A stretch of 57,730 bases of DNA from positions 1-57,730 of the forward strand of contig JAIRWH010000074.1 of NCBI GenBank assembly GCA_031253545.1, in the 5' to 3' direction. The stretch comes from Oscillospiraceae bacterium. GTDB lineage: Bacteria; Bacillota; Clostridia; Oscillospirales; UBA929. A model generated the notes under the pieces. The model saw nothing but the letters and a program-made list of their open reading frames with translations, was not told the origin of the DNA and did no database searches. Below are positions 34,326-42,226 of this stretch, in pieces; the first letter of the stretch is position 1; each line of letters opens with the position of its first letter. Both the position numbers and the translations under genes were made by a program.

Positions 34326-36569
34326 TTAACCCACCGTCACCCTGTCGAGCGCGTTCCCCTCCGAATCGGAGAGAATAAGCACACTGCCGCTTCGCACGGG
34401 GAATCCGATTTGGATTTTCAGCAGGTCGTTCTTGTCCGCGCTGCCCTTGCCCGCCAAAGTCAGCGAACCGCCCGCCGCTATCCGCGCGTCGGGCAGCCGC
34501 CACATAAAGGGGTTGGCGGCGTTGTCGCTCAGATAGTAACCCTCCGTGATAAGCAAGCCGCCCGTGGTGTTGCGGAGCACACAGCCGTTGCGCTCGCGCG
34601 AGGAATACGCGCCGTCTATCACCAGCGCGGGCGGCTCGTAATGCGACACAAGCTCAATCTTCACCTCGGACTCGTACATGCCGGTCTCAATAACGGTATT
34701 CGGCTCATACACCGTCTTACCGTTGATTTTCCAATAGTCAAACACATAATGCTCCGGCAGCGCCGGCGCGAGCGGCACATCCATGCCGTAAAAATATGTG
34801 GCGCTCTCCCCGCGCTGTGTGCCGATTACGGCCCGCCCGCCCGTCACATTGAGCGTGACCGTGGCCGAGGGGAGCTTGAAGTATTTCGCCAAGGCCTCGA
34901 ATATATATTCGCCGCGCCGTGTGGCGAAGGTTATCATGTTGCGGTGGTTGTCCGCCACGGTGTTTACGGAAACCCAACCGGAATAGCGCCGCGCCGCGAA
35001 GGCTTCGCCGATTTCGTTTTCCGCCTCGCCGTAGAGGCGGCGTATCAGCTCCGTCACCGTGTCCTTCGTCACCACGTTGGAGGCTATGTCGCACATTATG
35101 GTGATAAACTTTTCCGCCGCGCCGGGGTTCTTCAATACGGCCGCGAGCAGGCGGCTGTTTTTCGAGCCGCCGAGCACGGTCTCAAACGTGGGAATCCTGT
35201 AATTCTCGCCATACAACCCCAGCGTCCAGTCCACATCGTAGATGATATACCGCCACCGCCCGTCTAATTGCGGCGGGTCGCCCTCCGAGCGCGGCCCCGT
35301 GTAACGCCAGCGTTTCAGGTTGCCCCCCGGCCAGTCGCCGTTGCCCATGTATATGTTGAAGGCGTAGTAGAACAAAAGGTTGTCCACGTCCACGAGAGAG
35401 GCGAACTCCGCGAAGGTCTTTTCGTCGGAAAGGTCTTTTGACGCGTAAGCGTACATCGCCTTCAAGTCCGCCACAGCCTTGGTGTTGTCGCTCACATACC
35501 ATTGCTCTCCGTCGCCCACAATGTCGAAGTCGGAGGTACGCGCGCCGTATACGTCTTGCAGATATTGCTCGTTTATGTCCGTAATCAGCCACGCGAAACC
35601 GTAATAGGCGCCGTTGAGGAAGACCGCCGCCGCGCGCGAGGGCGTGACCTCGCGGAACTCGGCGCTTCGCGCAAGTTCGGAGGCCACCTCGCTGCGCAGC
35701 ATGGCAAAGTCGCGGTCGTTGCCGCCGTTGCGCAGCGTCAGCGTGTCGTACTTACGCAGGGCCTCGCCGCCGCTCGTGTAATCGTCGCCGAAAGCGTCGT
35801 AGTGAAACTTGCCGAAGCCGGGCTCATATTCGTTGCGGGCAATCAACCGCAGCGACTTTTGGTTTGCCGAGCGCGACCAGCCCCCCATAACGCGCACGCC
35901 CGCCGCCTGGGCGATAACCCGCTCGCCGCCGGGCGTATACGCCTCCACGTATACCGGGCGTTCCCCCTCGCGCCCGCGTATGTTGTAATTCGCGGGCGAA
36001 GGCGGCTGGATTATGGCGTTGGGGTTGGCCTTCCTGTATTCCGCCCGCAGCCTGCCCTCCACGAGTATGCCCGTGTCGTAGTCGTAGAGGTGCTCACTGT
36101 CGGTGGAGAGCGAAAACACCAAGGTGTCGAAGCGCGTATCCACGCCCGCGCCCATGAAGTATGTATGCACGGCGGCGCGCGTCTGCACGTCTCCGAGCAC
36201 GGCGATAGCCTTTACCACGGTAACCCTCAGCGCGGTAAAGGCGCGCAGCGCGATGGGTTCGGTATATTCATCGGAGGCACTTGTCGGCTCCGACCCGTCT
36301 GTGGTATAATAGACGGAAGCCCCGCTCGCGGAGGCCGTTATCTCCAGCGCGATGTCCTCGGAGTAGAAGCCGCCCGGCTCGGAAAACGCCACGCGCAGCC
36401 TGCCCTCCGACGCGGCCGCCAAGTCCGCGCCCAGCGCCGGCCTGTTCGCTCCGACGGGTGTTTGCGCCACTTCGCCGCCCGCGGGGTATATGGTGAGCAG
36501 CACACCCGAACCGGCCAGCAGCGCCGCGCACAGCGAAAGCACCGCCACCCTCTTGCCAAACGCGGTCAT
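34326..36569 (-). CDS. Secreted CotH-family atypical kinase with an N-terminal chitobiase-C-like domain and a C-terminal lamin-tail-like domain
   Basis: The signal peptide is MTAFGKRVAVLSLCAALLAGSG. The CotH core is QKSLRLIARNEYEPGFGKFHY...LRNGGNDRDFAMLRSEVASELAR...VFLNGAYYGFAWLITDINEQYL. The C-terminus is YYLSDNAANPFMWRLPDARIAAGGSLTL. The ATG at 36569 is preferred over the track GTG at 36578 on RBS spacing. Confidence 0.8.
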   Translation of the reverse strand: MTAFGKRVAVLSLCAALLAGSGVLLTIYPAGGEVAQTPVGANRPALGADLAAASEGRLRVAFSEPGGFYSEDIALEITASASGASVYYTTDGSEPTSASDEYTEPIALRAFTALRVTVVKAIAVLGDVQTRAAVHTYFMGAGVDTRFDTLVFSLSTDSEHLYDYDTGILVEGRLRAEYRKANPNAIIQPPSPANYNIRGREGERPVYVEAYTPGGERVIAQAAGVRVMGGWSRSANQKSLRLIARNEYEPGFGKFHYDAFGDDYTSGGEALRKYDTLTLRNGGNDRDFAMLRSEVASELARSAEFREVTPSRAAAVFLNGAYYGFAWLITDINEQYLQDVYGARTSDFDIVGDGEQWYVSDNTKAVADLKAMYAYASKDLSDEKTFAEFASLVDVDNLLFYYAFNIYMGNGDWPGGNLKRWRYTGPRSEGDPPQLDGRWRYIIYDVDWTLGLYGENYRIPTFETVLGGSKNSRLLAAVLKNPGAAEKFITIMCDIASNVVTKDTVTELIRRLYGEAENEIGEAFAARRYSGWVSVNTVADNHRNMITFATRRGEYIFEALAKYFKLPSATVTLNVTGGRAVIGTQRGESATYFYGMDVPLAPALPEHYVFDYWKINGKTVYEPNTVIETGMYESEVKIELVSHYEPPALVIDGAYSSRERNGCVLRNTTGGLLITEGYYLSDNAANPFMWRLPDARIAAGGSLTLAGKGSADKNDLLKIQIGFPVRSGSVLILSDSEGNALDRVTVG

Positions 36570-36610
36570 ATCCGCCACATCCTTTCTGTCAATCGCGGGA
36601 GGTTATCATT

Positions 36611-37261
36611 GTGCGTTACAGACACGAACTGAAATACGCCATCGGCAATCACGACGCGCACATCATCTCGCGGAGGCTGTCCGCCGTCATGCGCCCGGAC
36701 AGCCACGGCGGGGTGTACCGGGTGCACAACCTCTACTTCGACGACATGTACGGCTCGGCCTACCACGACAAAATGCGCGGTTGCCTGCGCCGCAGCAAGT
36801 GGCGCGTGCGCTACTACAACGGGGACCTCGGCTTCATACGCCTGGAGCGTAAGGCAAGGGAGGGGCAGCTGACATATAAGGAAAGCGCGCCGCTCACGCC
36901 TGAGCAGCTTTGCCGCCTGCGCCGGTGCGACTTCGGCTGCATAACGCCGCCGGTCTCGCCCCTGCTCGCTTCTTTCCTCGCCGCCCGCGCCGTCCGCCGC
37001 CTGCGCCCGGCGGCCGAGTTTTCCTATGTGCGGCAAGCGTACACCTACGCTCCTGGCGATGTGCGCGTGACGTTAGACAGCGGCGTGGGCACGGGGGTGC
37101 CGGGGCTTGCGCCGACGGGCATATTGGAGCTGAAATACGGCTCGTTTCTGCCGCGCGTCATCTCCGACATACTGGGCGGGGTGGGGCTGCGGCGCACGGA
37201 GATGTCCAAATACTGCTATGTGGCCGGATATGAAAGGAGCATGAAACCCCATGCGCGATAG
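36611..37261 (+). CDS. VTC-domain protein (polyphosphate polymerase-like, triphosphate-tunnel fold)
   Basis: The gene uses a GTG start 8 nt after GGGAGG. The sequence MRYRHELKYAI...YRVHNLYFDDMYGSAYHDKMRG...KWRVRYYNGDLGFIRLERKAREGQLTYKES matches bacterial VTC-domain proteins. Confidence 0.8.
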   Translation: MRYRHELKYAIGNHDAHIISRRLSAVMRPDSHGGVYRVHNLYFDDMYGSAYHDKMRGCLRRSKWRVRYYNGDLGFIRLERKAREGQLTYKESAPLTPEQLCRLRRCDFGCITPPVSPLLASFLAARAVRRLRPAAEFSYVRQAYTYAPGDVRVTLDSGVGTGVPGLAPTGILELKYGSFLPRVISDILGGVGLRRTEMSKYCYVAGYERSMKPHAR

Positions 37262-37910
37262 AATCTGGGAACTCATCACGGGAAGCGCGCAGTTTGCCAG
37301 CCTCGACGCGCTGAACATTATCGTGACTATGGCAATCTCGGCCGTGTGCGCCTTGGTGATTTACTTAGTATACCGTTTCTTCCATAAGGGGGCGGTATAC
37401 AGTCCGAGTTTCGCGCTGCTCATCGTCATGGTTTGCGCCGTCACGGCGTTTATCATCATCACCATAGGCGCGAACCTCGTGCTCTCGCTCGGCATGGTGG
37501 GCGCTTTGAGCATCGTGCGTTTCCGCGCCGCCGTGAAGGACCCGCTTGACGTGGGGTTTTTGTTTTGGTCCGTGGCCTCCGGGCTCACGGCGGGCGCGCA
37601 GCTGCACCTTGTGGCGCTGATGGGCACGGCGTTCATCGCCTTGCTGTATATACTCTTCACATTGACCCGCTCCGGCAGGCACACTTACCTGCTCATCGTG
37701 CGCTACGGCGCGGATGCCGAGGAACCCGTGCTGCGGTCCGTCGCCCCGTTAAGGCCCGCGCTGAAAAACAAAACGCTCACGCCCGATGCCACGGAGCTGA
37801 CCGTGGAGATAAAGACACGGCGCGGGGACGTGTCGTTTTTGGAGCAGCTGCGGCGCACGGACGGCGTGAGCGATGTCACGCTTGTGGAGTATACGGGCGA
37901 CTACACTTAG
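37251..37910 (+). CDS. DUF4956-family membrane protein
   Basis: The protein has four TM helices and the hallmark LSLGMVGALSIVRFRAAVKDPLDVGFLFWSVASGLTAGA. It overlaps the VTC gene by 11 nt. Confidence 0.8.
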   Translation: MRDRIWELITGSAQFASLDALNIIVTMAISAVCALVIYLVYRFFHKGAVYSPSFALLIVMVCAVTAFIIITIGANLVLSLGMVGALSIVRFRAAVKDPLDVGFLFWSVASGLTAGAQLHLVALMGTAFIALLYILFTLTRSGRHTYLLIVRYGADAEEPVLRSVAPLRPALKNKTLTPDATELTVEIKTRRGDVSFLEQLRRTDGVSDVTLVEYTGDYT

Positions 37911-38007
37911 CCATTATACCACGCGGCGGCGCGGGTTGTCAAAGGGGAAACACCGGGGGAGCGTTGAGCAATACGCGCCGCGTGATTATTCTGGGGGGTA
38001 ACGCCGT

Positions 38008-38964
38008 TTGGACAACAAAATGCTCACGGTATCCTCGCCGCCGCACATATACGGCCCGGACACGGTGGTGCGGCGTATGCGCGACGTGCTCGTCGCCCTC
38101 GCCCCCTCCTGCGTCCTCGGCGTGTATTACTACGGCACCCACGCCCTCTTTCTCATGCTCATCTCGGCGGGCTCCGCCGTCATATCGGAGTTCCTATACC
38201 AACGCGTGGCCGGCAAGAGGGTTACGATAGACGATTTCTCCGCCGTGGTCACCGGCGTGCTCCTCGCGCTCAACCTGCCGCCGGACGCGCCCTACTGGCT
38301 TCCCGCCGTAGGCGGCGTGTTCGCCATCGTGGCGGTTAAGCAGCTCTTCGGCGGTCTGGGGGCAAACTTCGTAAACCCCGCCTTGGCGGCGAGGGCGTTT
38401 CTTTTGGCCTCGTTCCCGGCGTTCATGACCTACTGGACCCTGCCCGACACCTCCGCCGGCGCCACATATCTGGCTCTCATCAAGTCAGACGCGGGCTTTA
38501 CGCCGCGGGCGGCCGATTACCACGCGCTTATCTTCGGCAAAATAGGCGGCTGCATAGGCGAAACCTCCGCCTTGGCCATCGTCGCCGGCGGGGCGTACCT
38601 GCTCGCCAGAAGGGTAATATCCTGGCATATACCCGCCTGCTTCGTCGGCTCGTTTGCCCTGCTGTCCTTCCTGCTCGGCAGAGACGGCCCCTTCTACACG
38701 GGCACCCCCTTCGAGCTGCTTGCCGGGGGGTTGCTGCTCGGCGCGTTCTTCATGGCCACAGACTACGCCACATCGCCCATTTCGCCCGCGGGCAAGATTA
38801 TCATGGGCGTTGGCTGCGGCCTCCTCACGGTAATCATACGTTTCCACAGCGGCTACCCGGAGGGCGTGTGCTTCGCCATTCTGATTATGAATCTCTTCGT
38901 GCCGCTGATAGATAAATACGTCCGGCCGCGCATATACGGGAAAAAGAGGGGGAAGAGAGCGTGA
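38008..38964 (+). CDS. rnfD: Rnf electron-transport complex subunit D
   Basis: The N-terminus is MLTVSSPPHI...MRDVLVALAP. The FMN-attachment region is TDYATSP and the protein is polytopic. The start could be the TTG at 38008 or the ATG at 38020. Confidence 0.9.
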   Translation: MDNKMLTVSSPPHIYGPDTVVRRMRDVLVALAPSCVLGVYYYGTHALFLMLISAGSAVISEFLYQRVAGKRVTIDDFSAVVTGVLLALNLPPDAPYWLPAVGGVFAIVAVKQLFGGLGANFVNPALAARAFLLASFPAFMTYWTLPDTSAGATYLALIKSDAGFTPRAADYHALIFGKIGGCIGETSALAIVAGGAYLLARRVISWHIPACFVGSFALLSFLLGRDGPFYTGTPFELLAGGLLLGAFFMATDYATSPISPAGKIIMGVGCGLLTVIIRFHSGYPEGVCFAILIMNLFVPLIDKYVRPRIYGKKRGKRA

Positions 38965-39530
38965 AACACACCATACGTTCCGCCCTCGCGCTCTTCATCA
39001 TCGCGGGCGCGGTCATGGCGGCGCTCGGCGTCACGCACGCGCTCACGCGGGAAGCCGCCGCCGGTCAGGAAGCGAAACAACGCGCAAAGGTCATGGGGCA
39101 AGTGCTGCCTTCCGCCTCGGAGTTCGCGGCGGTGGAGGCGGATAATTTCCCCGACTTTGTGGTGGCGGCGCACGAAGGCTTTGCCGGCGGCGTGAGCGTG
39201 GGCTTCGTTGTCGAAGTGCTGCCTCACGGCTACGGCGGGCCCATTGACATGATGGTGGGCATATCCTCCGGGGAGCCCGGCTTTATAACGGGCGTACGCA
39301 TACTCCGCCATTCCGAAACACCCGGCTTGGGCGCATTGGCCGTAAAGGAGCGTTTCCGCAGCCAGTTCGCGGGCAAGGAGCTAATCGAGCTTACCGTGGT
39401 GAAAGGCTCCCCCCGTGAAGACGAGATAGACGCCATCGCCGGCTCCACCATCACCTCCAAAGCCGTGACAAACGGTGTCAACATCGCCGTGCGCTGGTAT
39501 TCGGAGAACTCGGAGAGGATTGGGGGGTAA
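38961..39530 (+). CDS. rnfG: Rnf complex subunit G (FMN-binding)
   Basis: The protein has an N-terminal TM and the FMN_bind motif IDAIAGSTITSKAV. Its GTG start overlaps the rnfD stop. Confidence 0.85.
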   Translation: MKHTIRSALALFIIAGAVMAALGVTHALTREAAAGQEAKQRAKVMGQVLPSASEFAAVEADNFPDFVVAAHEGFAGGVSVGFVVEVLPHGYGGPIDMMVGISSGEPGFITGVRILRHSETPGLGALAVKERFRSQFAGKELIELTVVKGSPREDEIDAIAGSTITSKAVTNGVNIAVRWYSENSERIGG

Positions 39531-39584
39531 CGGTTTTGGGTGCCACAGGCAGGGTTTGCGGAGCCGTCGGGGATAATTTTCCTT

Positions 39585-39609
39585 TCCTCTCCCCCCTTTC
39601 GGGGGAGAG
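39585..39609 (+). promoter_or_regulatory. Intra-operon 10-bp GC stem-loop between rnfG and rnfE
   Basis: CCTCTCCCCC (39585-39594) pairs with GGGGGAGAGG (39600-39609) around a 5-nt loop. No U-tract follows. It lies in a 127-nt gap, unusual in an otherwise overlapping operon. Confidence 0.5.
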
Positions 39610-39657
39610 GCGCAACGTTCGCCGCGCGCCGGTATTCGGAAAGAACGGAGGGCTGAC

Positions 39658-40269
39658 ATGAAAAAGTACGCGTTACTCATAAAACGGGGCTTGTTAGACG
39701 AAAACCCCGTGTTTGTGCAGCTCATCGCCCTCTGCCCGCTGCTTGCCGTCACCACCTCCGCCGTCAACGCCGTGATGATGGGCCTGTCCACGGCGGCGGT
39801 CATGCTGTGCGCCTGCGTGGCCATCTCGCTCCTGCGCCGCCTCATACCCGCCGATGTCCGCATCGCCGCGTACGTGATTATCGTATCGGGCTTCGTCACG
39901 GTCTTGCAGCTGCTGCTGCAAGCCTACGCCCCGCCGGAGCTGTTTGAGGCGCTGGGCATCTACATACCGCTCATCGTGGTAAACTGCATACTCTTTGCCC
40001 GCATAGAGTCGTTCGCCTCGAAGAACGATGCCGTGGCCTCGTTTTTCGACGCGCTCGGCATGGGTCTCGGCTTCACCCTCGGCCTTGTGGTCATCGGCGT
40101 AATCCGCGAGTTTTTTGGCAGCGGCTCGGTGTTCGGCGTGGAGATTATCAAAGACACAAGCTCCCACCTCCTCATCATGGTCATGGCGCCCGGCGCGTTC
40201 TTCACCTTAGGTGTCATCATCATGCTCAGAAAATACTTCATGCTGAGGAAGGGGGTGCCGCACAGGTGA
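39658..40269 (+). CDS. rnfE: Rnf complex subunit E
   Basis: The sequence GLLDENPVFVQLIALCPLLAVTTS...IPLIVVNCIL is typical of RnfE/NqrD. Confidence 0.9.
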   Translation: MKKYALLIKRGLLDENPVFVQLIALCPLLAVTTSAVNAVMMGLSTAAVMLCACVAISLLRRLIPADVRIAAYVIIVSGFVTVLQLLLQAYAPPELFEALGIYIPLIVVNCILFARIESFASKNDAVASFFDALGMGLGFTLGLVVIGVIREFFGSGSVFGVEIIKDTSSHLLIMVMAPGAFFTLGVIIMLRKYFMLRKGVPHR

Positions 40270-40850
40270 ACATCATACTCATGTTCGTGAGCGCCGCCCT
40301 CATCAACAACTACGTGCTGACGCAGTTTCTCGGCATGTGCCCCTTCTTCGGTGTCACGAAGAAAGTGGACGCGGCCGCGGGCATGGGCATTTCCGTGCTC
40401 TTCGTCACCACCCTCTCGTCCGTGCTCACATTGGTTTTTTACGTCTATGTGCTTCGGCCGCTGGGTCTGGAATATTTGCAAACCCCGGCGTTCATACTCA
40501 TCATCGCCTCCATCGTGCAGTTCGTGGAGCTGTACATGAAAAAATCCCTCGGTTCGCTCTACTCCACATTGGGCATTTACCTGCCGATGATTACGGTAAA
40601 CTGCGTCATCCTCGGCGTGGCGCTCATCAATACGCGCTATGTTTCCGACGAGCACCCCTTTTTGGAGGCGCTCGCAAACAGCGTGGGAGCGGGCGCGGGT
40701 TTCCTGCTCGCGCTTGTGCTGCTCGCCGCCATACGCGAAAAATACGAAAACCACCCCGATGTGCCGTGGATATTCCAAGGCTTCCCGCTGGCACTGTTTT
40801 CGGCGGGGCTTATGAGCATAGCGTTCATGGGTTTCCAAGGGCTGATATAG
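40266..40850 (+). CDS. rnfA: Rnf complex subunit A
   Basis: The sequence NNYVLTQFLGMCPFFGV...LGIYLPMITVNCVILGVAL is typical of RnfA/NqrE. Its GTG start overlaps the rnfE stop. Confidence 0.9.
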   Translation: MNIILMFVSAALINNYVLTQFLGMCPFFGVTKKVDAAAGMGISVLFVTTLSSVLTLVFYVYVLRPLGLEYLQTPAFILIIASIVQFVELYMKKSLGSLYSTLGIYLPMITVNCVILGVALINTRYVSDEHPFLEALANSVGAGAGFLLALVLLAAIREKYENHPDVPWIFQGFPLALFSAGLMSIAFMGFQGLI

Positions 40851-40952
40851 CCCCCGCGGCAGGTTGCGGGGCTTCGCCCCCCCCGAAGGGGGAGCAAGGA
40901 GAATACCTGCGTCGGTTTCGTCGGTTTCTAAAAGTAACGGTCGGCAAAGGCG

Positions 40953-41762
40953 GTGGGTTCCATGCTTCCGGAGATACTATACCCGTTTATCAGCATCGGC
41001 GCGCTCGCGCTCTGCTTCGGCGCGCTGCTGGGCTTTTCGGCCAAGAAGTTCGCCGTGGTGCCAAACGAAAAGGCCGAGCGTATCAAGGGCATTTTGCCCG
41101 GCGCCAACTGCGCCGCCTGCGGCTACGCCGGCTGCGCCGCGTTTGCCCTTGCCGTGGCCGAAGAGCCCGGCATATACACCTACACGACCTGCCCCGTGGG
41201 CGGCCCGGACACAGCCGCCGCCATAGCGCGGGTGCTGGGGGTGGAGGCCGCCGCCGCGAACCGCTGCGCCGCCTTCATCAAGTGCAACGGCAAAGACGAA
41301 AACGTGAAGCGCAACTACATCTACGACGGCCCGAAGAGCTGCATCGCCGCCTCCCAGCTTGCCACGGGCGGCAACAAGTCCTGCGCGTACAGCTGCATAG
41401 GCCTCGCGAGCTGCAAAAACGCCTGTCCCTTCGATGCCATACGCATTGTAGACAGCATCGCCGTGGTAAACCCCAAAAAGTGCATGGCCTGCGGCAAATG
41501 CGTGGCCGTGTGCCCCAAAAAGCTCATCGAGATTGTGCCGAACAAAAACCGCGTGCGGGTGCTCTGCAATTCCGGCGACACCAGCAAATTAGTCCGCGCG
41601 AACTGCCGCGCCGGCTGCATCGGTTGCACACTCTGCCAAAAGGCGTGCGAGGCGGGGGCCATCACCGTGAAGGACAACATCGCGCATATAGACTACGAAA
41701 AATGCACCCTCTGCAATAAATGCGCGCAGAAGTGCCCCGCGAAGGCCATCATCGGCGCGTGA
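40953..41762 (+). CDS. rnfB: Rnf complex subunit B (polyferredoxin)
   Basis: The protein has an N-terminal TM and the cluster motif LPGANCAACGYAGC. Several CxxCxxCxxxCP ferredoxin motifs follow (CMACGKCVAVCP, CIGCTLCQKACE, CTLCNKCAQKCP). Confidence 0.9.
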   Translation: MGSMLPEILYPFISIGALALCFGALLGFSAKKFAVVPNEKAERIKGILPGANCAACGYAGCAAFALAVAEEPGIYTYTTCPVGGPDTAAAIARVLGVEAAAANRCAAFIKCNGKDENVKRNYIYDGPKSCIAASQLATGGNKSCAYSCIGLASCKNACPFDAIRIVDSIAVVNPKKCMACGKCVAVCPKKLIEIVPNKNRVRVLCNSGDTSKLVRANCRAGCIGCTLCQKACEAGAITVKDNIAHIDYEKCTLCNKCAQKCPAKAIIGA

Positions 41763-42136
41763 TGCTCAGTTACGCCGAAACGGGCGACCTGCTCGACGCC
41801 ATGGCCGAGGAGCTGCCGGAGGAGTTTTTCAACGACTTAAACGGCGGTATCGTGCTGCTGCCGCAAAGCAAGCTCCACCCCGAATCCGGCGGCGGCGATG
41901 TCTACATCCTCGGCGAATACCACCGCGACGCCGTCTTGGGCAGGCGTATCGTCATCTATTACGGCTCGTTCGAGGCCGTCTATCCGCTCGCCGGGCGCGA
42001 GGCGGTCACGCGTGAGCTACGCAAAACGCTGCGCCATGAGTTTACGCACCACATAGAATCGCTCGCGGGCGAGCGCGGCTTGGAGCGCAAAGACGAAGAG
42101 GATATGCTGCGTTATTACTTCGGGCATTACCGATAG
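41762..42136 (+). CDS. Small zincin-like metallopeptidase-family protein (HExxH)
   Basis: I trimmed the start to MLSYAETGDLLD; its ATG overlaps the rnfB stop as GTGATG. The motif LRHEFTHHIE lies in a 124-aa protein, as in the Zincin_1/DUF1025-type family. Confidence 0.55.
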   Translation: MLSYAETGDLLDAMAEELPEEFFNDLNGGIVLLPQSKLHPESGGGDVYILGEYHRDAVLGRRIVIYYGSFEAVYPLAGREAVTRELRKTLRHEFTHHIESLAGERGLERKDEEDMLRYYFGHYR

Positions 42137-42164
42137 AAAGCGCCGCCGCGCGGTGTGGAGTGGT

Positions 42165-42226
42165 GGTTAGTTGTTAGTTGTCAGTTGTTAGGGGTTAGGA
42201 GACGGGGGTTGCGGGGGTTTTGCGGG
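42165..42226 (+). repeat. Heptanucleotide array, copy A, with a G-run tail
   Basis: The array reads GGTTAGT TGTTAGT TGTCAGT TGTTAGG GGTTAGG AGACGGG GGTTGCG GGGGTTT TGCGGG. It ends exactly at the stop codon (42227-42229) of the minus-strand lipoprotein gene. The G-runs are GGGG(42191-94), GGGGG(42204-08), GGGGG(42213-17) and GGG(42224-26). Confidence 0.85.

Noticed and set aside
40877-40884. The C8 homopolymer between rnfA and rnfB considered as a phase-variation tract.
   Set aside because: It is intergenic, upstream of the rnfB RBS, and forms part of two small alternative hairpins (GGGGC-TTC-GCCCC and CCCCC-GAA-GGGGG). A length change would not shift any reading frame, and I see no promoter-spacing role.
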